Assembly: GCA_036785375.1 (NCBI GenBank)
Contig: JAWMAR010000423.1
Coordinates: 372,001-436,000, forward strand
Source: Leucoraja ocellata
Taxonomy: Eukaryota
Direction: 5' to 3'
DNA: 64,000 nucleotides
Shown here: positions 36,501-48,500 of the stretch, piece by piece
Layout of the letters: each line of letters begins with the position of its first letter
Numbering within the stretch: the first letter of the stretch is position 1
The notes under the pieces: generated by a model
The model's input: only the letters and a program-made list of their open reading frames with translations
Databases searched by the model: none
What the model was told of the DNA's origin: nothing
Program-made: the position numbers and the translations under genes

Positions 36501-39500
36501 CTTCATACACATACCTTCTTTGACAATTTATCTACCCGTGTTGCCACTTTCAGGGTGCTATGATCTTGGATCCCAAGTTCCTTCTGTGCATTGATGTTGT
36601 TAAGGATCCTGCCATTGCAAGAATTAAATTAGGACCTTCCCTAAATACTATCATAATACAAGGGTGGTGATCTACATGGGGCTTCTCTGCATACTATCGC
36701 TGTAGAACTGTGGGTTTGGGTGAGTAAATGCTGCATGAAGGTTCTCACTCTGAGATCTGGGGGTGCGAGGTATGCAGGATATTTGGACACTATCACTGTA
36801 TGGGAGATGGATATACAAGACATTTTGCCACTGCACAAGGGACATATGGGATATATGTGAGCTCCTTTAGATCCATCACTCCAAGGGACTGGGTGGCCTG
36901 ACCTTGTGTGGACCTTCATTGTTCAACCTATTTCAGGGACACGGTTCTCATGTGGTTGTTTGTTGCAGGACTCCAATTCCGTCAACACCTGAGTTTCTCG
37001 GAGGATTCGGACTTGTCCAGTGACGATATACTTGAGAGGACCTCACAGCGCTCCAGGCGAGAGGTACCCAGGCACTGCTTTTTGTGTGGGTGGGTGTGTG
37101 TGCATGTGTGTGTGCGCGCGTGCGTGTGTGTGCGTGTGTGTGTGCGTGCCGACTGGGTTTTCCATTTGGCTTCTGGGTCTGTGCTGAGCTAGGCTGGGCC
37201 AATTAAAGTGGGATGGAATCTGTAAATATATTGGTGGGATGAAGTCAGTCAGGGATCTCACTGGTGAAGATTGTTTTCAAAGTAGTTTGGTTCAGATGTA
37301 GGATTGTGCTTGGTCTTCTCATTAGGATTGTAAATGAGATCAGGATTGGGTATCGAAGTGTGATTACGATTGCGTTCAGGTTGAGGATTGTCTTGGATAG
37401 TACAGGGTGTACAGGATTCAGGTGTGTTGTATTTGAGGAGTCCGAGTGCACAGGGATAGAAGGGTCCAAGCAAACGTGCACAAGGACCTGGGTAGAGTGA
37501 TAAATAGATCCATGAGCTCCGAGATAGAATAAGAATAGAAATAGAATTATCCCCGAGAGAGAATTATCTCTGTTTGCAGAAGAACAGGTGTGCGAGTGCA
37601 CTTTGCTTCAAGTACATTGTGGGAAAGGGGTCCAAGTCTACGGGTAGAAAGGTCCAAGGCGATAGTTAAACTCCACTGCGGTAAATACATGCATGCTCAA
37701 TTGTAGGGTGTGAAAGGGAATGGAGCATAAAGGATCTAAGGGTACGTCAATCAATGTCTACAGCCGTGTAGGAGAACTGTACAAGAGTGGATATATTCAA
37801 CTGAACAGGTGATAGAGAGGTGTGTTTGCACAGTTGCAGAAGCACTGATTGTATTGTATTGATTGGTTGGTGAGCGTCAATATGAAGACAAAATGTGTGA
37901 TTTTTTTTACTTCTACATCATAGTGCCAGTTTATCTTTGTTACTGTGATCTGTTTTCAATCTGTTCCTTTCTAAGTTGTTTTATTTTTCTTCCTTCTTGA
38001 GACTGTCTATGTTCCTCATGCACCGGCATTCAGGAGATCACACACGTTGAAGGTAGAGTGCTGTACACTGATGCTGAGTGGCTGCAATGCCGGCAACACT
38101 GTGAATCAATGGTTTTCCTCCATAGATGGAGAAGGGGGGGAGGGCACTTCTCATTGATGAATGGTGTGGGTTTGAGGGTGTGCGGCCCCATTAGTGTTAA
38201 TTGGAGATTGAGAGAAGGTGGTTTCATCCTGCGCTGTGCAGGGGATTAGATTCAGTCAGTTTGAGGAGGGGGGTTAATCCTTTCAATCCAGTTAATCCTT
38301 TTCTGTAGCTCAGCTCCAAGGCATTGACTCAAAGCCTTTTCTCATGACAGTTGTCCTTGTCTTCTTACTGTCTGCCCCACTGCTGTAGTGATTCACGTCA
38401 TGGATAAAGCACAAAAATTTAGTCCATATTGACTCAATGGAATAGCAATCCAACCTGTCTCACTGCACCGCCCTCTCCCCATAGCCCTGTAAATTATCTC
38501 GGGCATTTGCTTGCTGCCTTTTGCAGGCTACAATTGATTTTCCCCCTCCTGCTGTGTCTGGTGGTCCATTCCAGACACAACCACTTGATGTGGAAAAACA
38601 TAATTTCCTCGCATCAACTTTTGGTTCTTTTACCAAGCACCTAATTTCCATGACACCAGTTCTTACGACAGCAATCCCTGTCACCCTGCTCTACCAATTC
38701 CTCTCAGTTCCAAATACTTCAATCAGCCATCCTCACCAGCTCCTTTGTTTCAAGAGGAACAACCCTTGTTTCTTCAGTCTGTTTACATCATCAAAGTTCT
38801 TTCTCTTTGGAATCATCTTAGTGAATCTCTTGCTCAGCCTTTCACATCACTCCTTAAAGCTTGGGTCCAGAATTGACACAGTATCCTGTTGATAAAAGTG
38901 CCCTTGACTTTATATTCCTCCTTCTCATCCTCCCAGTAAAATGTAGCACTTCACATTTCTCTGTATTCTATTTCATTGAATTCCTTGCCTCTAGTTATAA
39001 AGTTCAAAATCCCATTTCCTTTTTGCAACTGCTTTCTTAACCCGACCTGCCACTTTCAACCAACTAAGCAGCACATATACCCACAGATCTCCCTCTCTAA
39101 CCCATTTTTGAATTGGGCCGAATTCATATTCCCTTTTCTCATCCCACAAACTGTAATACTTAATCTCTCACAGTATTACATGTCATCTGTCATCTATCTG
39201 TCCATTCCACCCGTCTGCCTACAGCGCTTTCAAGTCTGTTACAAAACCTTTCGCAGTTCATTACATTTATTGTGTTTTGTATCATCTGCAAATATGTAAT
39301 TGTTCCTGTACACCTGTTGTTAATATAGAAAAATAAATGCCATGGTTCTGGAATGGGCTGTTGGAGAACTCTACTCTACACTTCCTACCAGTCTGGAGAA
39401 ACTGCCACTCCATCTGCTTTTGCTTTACCATTTTTGTATCCATGCTGCTATAGCTCCTTTTTCCTGCGTCCTATAATCTTGTTAACAAGCTTATTTGTTA

Positions 39501-42500
39501 CATACTTCATCAATCCCACTTTCCTCATCAACAATCCCTGTTACTACATGAAAAACGATAGCATTGGACATCATTTGATTTTAACAATTTTATGCCGACT
39601 TTCTCTAATCAATCCACATGTCCAAATGACTGATAATTCTCTCCCAGCTTAATATTTTTTGGACTTTCCCTATTACCGAGGTTTAAATAACATATGTATA
39701 GTTACTGGCATGAATCTATGGATGTCGGGGTGATTATGGCTAGGATTTCTGCAATTTCCTCCCTTATTTCCTTCCTTGAAATTCTGGAATGGAGAGGCTT
39801 AACCTAGTATGCATTCCATCTGTTCCAGGTGATTTATCCATTCTGGTCAACCAGCCTTTCCATTCCAGAATTTCAATAACTTCATTCTATGTGACAACTT
39901 CAGCAACATATTTAACCATGGTGAACCCTGGCATAAATTCTTTGTACCTCAGCTATATCTTGTGCCTCAATGTGTCGGCTTGTTTTCTGATCTTTGACCT
40001 CATATGACTCAAGCCTGTTGAAGATTTCTCAATTCTCTTGTACATATGCTGCCAATCTTTTCTTGCCCTCTCCATTTGCTCTCCATTTCCTTTTCTACTT
40101 CCCCTGAACTTCCTGCAATACGCCTGTTTTACACAGTTACCAACCGCGATAAATTCACGTCATAGGAGCAGAATCTACTCTGCTGTTCAATCTTGGCTGA
40201 TATATCTTTCCCTCAACCCTGTGCTCCTGCCTTTACCCAATAAACCTTAACACCCTTACTAATCAAGAATCAATCTCCACCATAAAAATACCCAATCGCT
40301 TAGCCTCTACAGCCGTCTGTGACAATGAATTCCACGGATTCACCACCCTCTATCCAAAGAAATTCCTCCTCCTCTCCTTCCCAAAGGTACGTCCTTTTAC
40401 TCTGAGGTTATGCCCTCTTATCCTAGACTCTCCCACTAGTGGAAACATGCTCTCCACATCCACTCTATCCAGGCCTTTCACTATTAGGTAATTTTCAATT
40501 AGGTCTTTCAACCTTCTATCCATGCTAATATGTTCCTTTTAATACTCTGGGCACTCATCTTCATTAGCAGCCTCATGTGCAGCATCTTAATACCAAATCC
40601 AGAATTGCCTTTTCCCAAGTAGGCTTGACTACAAGCTGCTCTAAGAACGTTGACTGAATTTCATTCCTTGCCAGCAGAACCACCCCACCCCCTCTGCTCA
40701 TCTGTTTTCCTTTCTCTGCTCTTGGAATTGATGGAACTGATATTCATTAAATTAAGACATTTTGCAGTGGCCTGGGAAACTGTGATTGACGTATAATGAA
40801 GTATTAGAAAGTACGGAGAATAAAACCCTTCCTATTCACCCACACAGTGCTACTGCAAATTGGAACTAGGAGGCTTAAGTGGGTACAGTTTTCCCGTTGT
40901 TCCTATTTTCAGGAATCATTCCACTTCCACTATTTTGAGCTGGTTCTCCCCATTATCCGTGGTGGAGGAGATGAGTAATGGGGTATTTGAATATCCATCT
41001 GCAATTAATTCACACTTCTCTTTGTGCATAGAAAATTAAAGGTGATCTTACTGAGATTCGAAGAGTTGTAGTGTGCCCCTATTGTCATAGAGCTGTCGGC
41101 ACAAGGCATTAAGGAAGTAATGAAAATAAGCCAAACCACCAACGTGTGGTAGGAAACTTTCATTGCCCATCCCTGCCTCATTGCCCGATCATAATATGGA
41201 GAAACAACTGATGAATCTACCCAAGTGTTACTGTTCAAACTGTACAATTAGATCTATGCTTTGATCTTTGCTTCGATCCGTATGTGTGACTTGGTGTTCT
41301 TCAGCTTTAGCGAAGCAGATTTAATCAGTATCCTGGTGGTTTTCTCTGTCTGTGGCCTCCTGTAAGTAGATGCAGATCCTCTTTGTGTCTTCATGGATCC
41401 AGTAGTTTGCTCTGTCCTTGTGTGTTCTTCCAGTGAGTTTTGTGGATTTGTTTTCTGCACTCAACCCTGCAGTAGATTCAATGGTGTGATCTAGTAGATC
41501 CTGCGGCATACTTTGTCTGAATGATCCACTCCCACTGTACCTATTACTGAGTGCACTAGTCACGCCTGGTGTTTGTTTCTCACTTCACTGGAAAGGACAT
41601 TCACTGAGGACATTTTGCTGAGCAAAAATAAAGACTGGGCTCTGTTCTTTCAGAAACCCTACAGTGAAGAGGAGCTCAACTCCAAACTGACTCGGAGGGT
41701 ACAGAAGGCAGCCCGGAGACAAGCCAAGCAGGAAGAGCTGAAGAGGTTACACAGAGCACAGGTTGGCAACTGGGGGCTTGGTCCCATCAGTCTGTAGAGG
41801 GACAATCTATCTTGTCTCTCTATTTCAGGAAACCAGCTATCGATTGGCATTTATTACATGCAAAATACCCCACATGCGCCTAAAATACAAACTTTACAAA
41901 CAGGATTTATGGTAGACAGTCCTAAGTGATGATGAGTATTTAGTACACTTCCCTCATTGTGCAATAGGCACAGTCATAATCTGCCAAATGATGGCGTTAC
42001 AATGTGTGGTACATATGCAGTTCTCTGCTACACATCCCAAAGGGAACAATCAACACTAAAATAAGGAGCTGAGGTGCCCTCAAGCCTGCCCCGCAGGTCA
42101 ATATGATCATGGCTGATCGACCCTGGTCACAGCTTCTCTGCTGTGTCAATCCCCATAACCTTTGATTCATCGATAGTTCAAATATTTATTTTTCTCCGCC
42201 TGTGACCCGGCCACCACCTCTCTCATGAGCAGATTCACTACCCTCTGACATGTTTCCACGCACCTTAGTTTTATTTTGTAACTATGTCCCCTTGTTCGTG
42301 ACTAGACCCAAGTGAAAACATTTCAACATCTAACCTATCAAACCTCCTTGTGATCTTATATGAATGAAAAAGACCCTCATTCTTCTAAACTTCAAGGAAT
42401 ACAGACCCAAACTATCCAATATCTCTTGATAGGACAATCCCCTCACCCCAAGAATTAGCTTGGTGAATCGCCTTTGAACTGTTGAGAATGCAACTATTTT

Positions 42501-45500
42501 ACTTTAAGTAAGGGAACTAAAATTGTGCACAATATTCCAGGTGTGACCTCACAAATACCCTGTGCAACTGTAAAAGCCCCCAACCAGACCCAAAATGTCA
42601 CCTATCCATGTCCTCCAGAAATGCTACCTAACCCGCTGAGTAACTCCAGCAATTTGTGTTCTATGCAAGGCCCCCCCCCCATTCTTTAGGGCCAAAATTA
42701 TGTTTGCCTTCTTATCTGCTTATTGGACATTGCTAACATTTTGTGATCCGTGCACCAGAACAGCTAGATTCCTCTGAAGTTAACTTGTTTGAAGTTTCTC
42801 TCCATTTTGATTATAATCTGAATGACCTTCCACTTCCACATGTTAAACTCCATTTGCCAGCTTTTTATCTCCAAACACTTAGTCTTTACAATGTTGCAGA
42901 ATTTCAATGTCCTCACCACAATAGGCCCTTCCACATTTTCGTATCAACGGCAAACTTGGAAATCTTACACAGAGTCATAGAATGACACAGTGTAGAAATA
43001 GGTCCTTCAGCCCAACTTGTCCACACCGGCCAACATGTCCTAGATACACTAGTCCCACCTGCCGGCGTTTGGTCCATATCCCTCCAAACCTGCCCTATCC
43101 ATGTACCTGTCTAACTGTTTCTTAAATGTTGGCATAGTCCTTGCCGCAACTACCTCTTCTGGCAGCTTGTTCCAACACCAACACCCTTTGTGTAAAATAG
43201 TTATCCCTCAGATTCCTATGAAATTCCCAGTCCACATCCGCGGGGCCCGTCGGGAACTCTGCACTGAGGGTTAGCAATTTCCACAGCACACTGCCTGAGA
43301 GGGTTGATTCATCAGAACATAAGAAACAGGAAAATTTGGCCTCTCGAGCCTGCTACGTCATTTATCGGGATCATGGTTGATTTTCTCCCACTGCCACTTT
43401 CCTGAACTCTTGCCATTTCACTTTATTCCCTTTGTATCCAGAGCTCTGCCTGTCTCTATTCTAAATCAATTCAATGACCACGAATAATGGGATTTAATGA
43501 TGACCGTGAGAGGGGTAATAGGATTTAATATTCACTGTGTGAGGGATAATGAATTCTCCTGTTCGCCATGGTGGTCTATTGATCACCTCCAGAGAGGGTA
43601 ACAGGTTCTATGGTTCCGTGTCAGATGGGGTAACAGATTGGCTGTGACTCTGCCTTCAGACACATTGTTCTTACACACAGCTCTCTTCTCTCATGTGGGG
43701 TGAAGCTTCCACTGCACCACCATGTCAACTGACCTGAGTAAACTCCTGCTCTTACAGATCATTCAGCGGCAGCTGGAGCAGGTGGAGGAGAAGCAGCGAC
43801 AGCTGGAGGAGCGGGGAGTGGCCGTGGAGAAGGCTCTCCGGGGAGAAGCAGGTAACTCCACCCTGTTTCCATCATGGCCTGTGCTGCTAGAGCACAGGGC
43901 AGTCCAGCGGCAATTTCCCATGGAGGCCCAGCAAAGCTTGCGTCTGAGGGTGGGTTACTGAGAAGGTCGGCCTCTTGCCCTCGGCCACTGGCTGAATACC
44001 TGCCCCCCACCCCCCCCTGGCTGTTCACTTGTCTCCAGTCAGAGTCGGTCGCGGGTTCCCTGGAGTCACTTGTTCCATCCACGGCGAATAAGAGTGGCAT
44101 GGGCAAAGGGAGTTCCCATGAGCAAGGAGTGGTAGCTCCAATCTCTCCCTTTGTTGAGATAAAATGCTGTGGGCTAGTGCCTCGTATCAACTGTCCTTCC
44201 TCTCTACATCCGCGAGTACTCCAACTTTGATATTCCTGGGATCACTCACTCTGGGATGAATCAGTCTTTCCCAGATCACTCTCTCTGGGATTAATCTCAG
44301 TCCGGATGAGAATCACTCCATTATTTCCAAATTTAGTAACAGTCCTACTTTCAGAGTCATTTACAGATGTGCCTCGGTTCACTTGCGCAGTCATTGCGGG
44401 GAGTCATTTACTAATCTTCCCACTGCCAGCTACATGAGTGAATGACAGAACTCGTGACCAGGGTGACCTCTTCACTCTACAGGTAACATGTGAGTCTTTC
44501 GGAGTCATTCTCACCATCTGGGGCAGGGTGGGGATGTTGGGTGAATGGTCATCCTCTGGGTCAGTCATCTACTCTGGGTCAGTCACAGACCTTTGCATTT
44601 CCTCCAGAAGTCGATCATTGTCCTTCTGGGATCATCGTGACTCATTCCATATGGGGGGGGCTTAATCATTTCTTGATCCCGGCTCCCCTTCACTCCCCCA
44701 GAGAGAATCACAGAACCGCAGAATGTAGCCCATTGCAGTCCAGGTTCCCCTCACGCACCATTCTATCACCATCCCTTCATCAATGGTGGATCTAAATCCT
44801 GGAACAGCAGCACGGAGGAAGCAGCCACAGCAGAGGCGCAGCAGTGGTTCTACTGCGCTCACAGTTGGGGATGGGGACTGAATGCTGTTCTTGCCAGCTG
44901 AGTCCACAACTCTAATCGTCAGTGCTCCAAACGTGGGCAGTGGAGCGCTGAGTTCCAACGTCTTTGACCCATCCCTTGGGATCCGGTCCACCTGGGATTC
45001 TGCTGACTCCAGCTGCTGGGAGATCTTCACCAGCCGTGCTTCAGATCTCCTAAACATTGCAGAACCTCTCAAACCTGCTGCTGACAGTAGCCTTGATCCC
45101 GGCACACTGGTTTCCTGACCAACTGTTGTCCAATACCCTCAACCAGAGCAATATGGGTTTTCCTGTACAAGTGAGCAATATTTAACTTTTGTGGGGAGTT
45201 TTTTTTCCTTTGCTTTTTAAAAAAATTCCTTTTCTCAAAGAAGCTTTGTTTTCCTGACCATCAGGTGAGCTGTACTCCACTGAGCTGTACTCTACCAACT
45301 GTCAGACAACTTACTGCATCTGCCTGACCTCTCCTAATACTAACTGCATCTATTGCACTGATACCAGAGGAGGTTGCACCTCCTTTCACCTCCTCGATGG
45401 TGCTGGAATAAGCCAAGCTGGGACTCATTGACAGCCCTGGATATATGCTAGATGTTAAAGGGCATTTCCACACCCACTCCTATCTATCACTGTCAGTTCT

Positions 45501-48500
45501 CTTGTAACGAGCCAACTCTCTGCCTTAACCTGAGCAGTGGGCATTGGCAAAGATCCTATAGCAAGATAGATCACTCCTGCTAAATGCAATGGGCTGACAT
45601 GTAGTACGCAACGGAACGGACGTGGGCCTTTTTTTCATCCATTTCCGTAACCCAAACCGACCCGACTCGCAGTGTAATCAACGTTGCGGGGGAACAGTTT
45701 GTGTTAATGAATTAAAATTCTGAAAATGAGGAGATTTTTACCAAAGAACTTTTATTTTTACGAGGATGTTTCCGTAACTGGCTTCCGTCTCTGCACTAGT
45801 TATCTTTGCTCCATTATGGGATCTTTGGTGCGGAGACGGAAGCCGGTTCCGGAAATGGGGCCTAAAGTTACCCATGAATCTGCCCATGACCGTACTACGT
45901 CTTTTTCGTCGAGTGATCTATCTTGCTTGCTATAGGATCTTTGGGCATTGGGTGTCTGAGGATCAGTAGGTTTCTGGGTGGGCCTGTCCAACTTTGACAA
46001 ACTGTCATTGACTGTCTCCATTGCTGCACAATTTCCGTCTAATGAAGCTGCTCAAGGGGCTAGCCGTTTCTCCATCAGAAGCAAGTGAGTGAACGGGTAC
46101 TCAGTGAGCACCTGCACCCGAGGGGCTTATCTGTCAACAAAACCACCATTGAACGTGAGCCTGCACATGAGGCACCTGCACCAGAGTTGCAGTCCCATCA
46201 GAAGCGACGGAGCACCTGGTCTGCACGGCAACACCTTGCAGGACTAGACTGCAGCGTGCTACCTCATTCCCAGTGCAATGTTCTGACCGAGAGTTTGGGT
46301 TGTGTTCACCTCTTGAGCAACACATGTGTGTGCATGATTTGTACTGCGTGTTGCCTGGCATTGTACAGTAACTCTTTCTAATCTTATTATAGACTATTGG
46401 GGAGAGTCTAGTTACAGTGAAATCCTCGACTTGCATCTGGGTGGTACGTATGGCTGTCGCTCTGCTTCATCATTCTTGCTAACCTTCACCTTTCTCTCTA
46501 ATGCCTTCCTCTTCACTTGTATCCTTGACTGCACCCTCTTTTTAGTTTAGTGAGGTTAGAGTACCTGCCTCCCTGCCCCAGATCTTGCACAGTCTCATGT
46601 ATGTATAGTGGTGACCATTCTCGGCTGAAGAGATGGGTGGGGGAGGGGTGGGGGGGTGGGGGGGGGGATGTCACATTGAAAGTAGTGTTTGGACAAGTGA
46701 TCAAGCAGCAAGTTGCAAGAACGGCTTTGCTTCTAATTGAGTTACATGCTGACTAATTATAGGGCTAGCCAAATGTTGTTTCTTGGCTTTGGAAGTGGAT
46801 AGGTTTGGGGACAGATGAATGGGGAACCGGATGGTTGGTTGGGTTAGAGGGTGAAGGGCGGCAGGGTGACAGAGGTGGGTGGTTAGGGGTGATGAATGAG
46901 AGCGGGGGGGGGGGAGTGATGGATGGTAAATTGGCAAGATGTACAGTGCCCACCATAATGTTTGGGACAAAGAGCCATCATTTATTTATTTGCCTCTGTA
47001 CTCCACAATTTGAGATTTGTAATAGAAAAAAATCACATGTGGTTAAAGTGCACATTGTTAGATTTTATTAAAGGCCATTTTTATACATTTTGGTTTCACC
47101 TTGTAGAAATTACAGCAGTGTTTCTACATAGTCCCCCCCCATTTCAGGGCACCATAATACAATGATGATACAACTGCTGATGGTAGAAGCATAATGAATT
47201 CTGAAGTGTATAGACTCATCCTATCTGCTCAACTTCAAACAAATGCCTCAAAACTCATTGGCCGGCGGTTCATTCTACAGCAAGACAATAATCCCAACCA
47301 TACTGCTAAAGCAACAAAGGAGTATTTCAAAACTAAAAATTGGTCAATTCTTGGGGCCAAGTCAATCACCCGATCTGAACCCAATTGAGCATGCCTTTTA
47401 TATGCTGAAGAGAAAACTGAAGGGGACTACCCCCAAAACGAGCATAAGCTAAAGATGGCTGCAATACAGACCAGGCAGAGCATCACCAGAGAAGACACCC
47501 AGCAACTGGTGATGTCCATGAATTGCAGACTTCAAGCAGTCATTGCATGCAAAGGATATGCAACAAAACATTAAACAAGACTACTTTCATTTACATGACA
47601 TTGCTGTGTCCCAAACATTATGGTGTCCTGAAATGAGGGGACTATGTATAAACACTGCTGTAATTTCTACATGGTGAAATCAAAATGTTTAAAAATGGCC
47701 TTTATTAAAATCTGACAATGTGCACTTTAACCACATATGATTTTTTTTCTATTACAAATCTTAAATTGTGGAGTTCAGAGGCAAATAAATAAATAATAGG
47801 TCTTTGTCCCAAACATTATGGAGGGCACTGTACGACAAGATGCAGTGAAGACTAAATGTAATGAGGAAATAATGAGCGAATAGGCCAGAGTCCAGTCCCA
47901 CAGGACTCCCACAGAGTTCCACTTCTGCAGAACATGATATTCAGGTTCTAGTTGGGCGGGGGAATTTGATGCATCAATGGGAAGAGGCACTTTTACGGAA
48001 TTAACTGACAGAATTTTTTTTACTGAATTAACAAACAAAAATAAGGTTGGGGGCTTCAACCTCTGCAGTGCAGGTGGGAGCTCCAGGATTCTACCCATGT
48101 CCCTGGACCGAGGAGGAGGGGGACCGAGGAGGAGGGGTCGTAGCTGATCCAAGAGAGTTATGAATCTGTTGAATTCTCTGCCTCAGAAGGCAATAGAGGT
48201 CAATTCTCTGGATGCTTTCAAGAGAGAGTTAGATAGAGCTCTTAAAGATAGCAGAGTCAGAGGATATGGCGTGAAGGCAGGAACGGGATACTGATTGTGG
48301 ATGATCAGCCATGATGGTACTGGCTCGAAGAGCCGAATGGCCTACTTCTGAACCTTTTATCTATTGTCAATAGAGAGAAATAGGAATAACGTTTTTTAAT
48401 CGAGCCTAATTTTAACGGGTTGGAAAGTGATAGCAACTCAAACATAACTCACTCGGAGCTACTCATCAAAGAGGTTCAGGGATTTAGCATTTTTTAAAGT

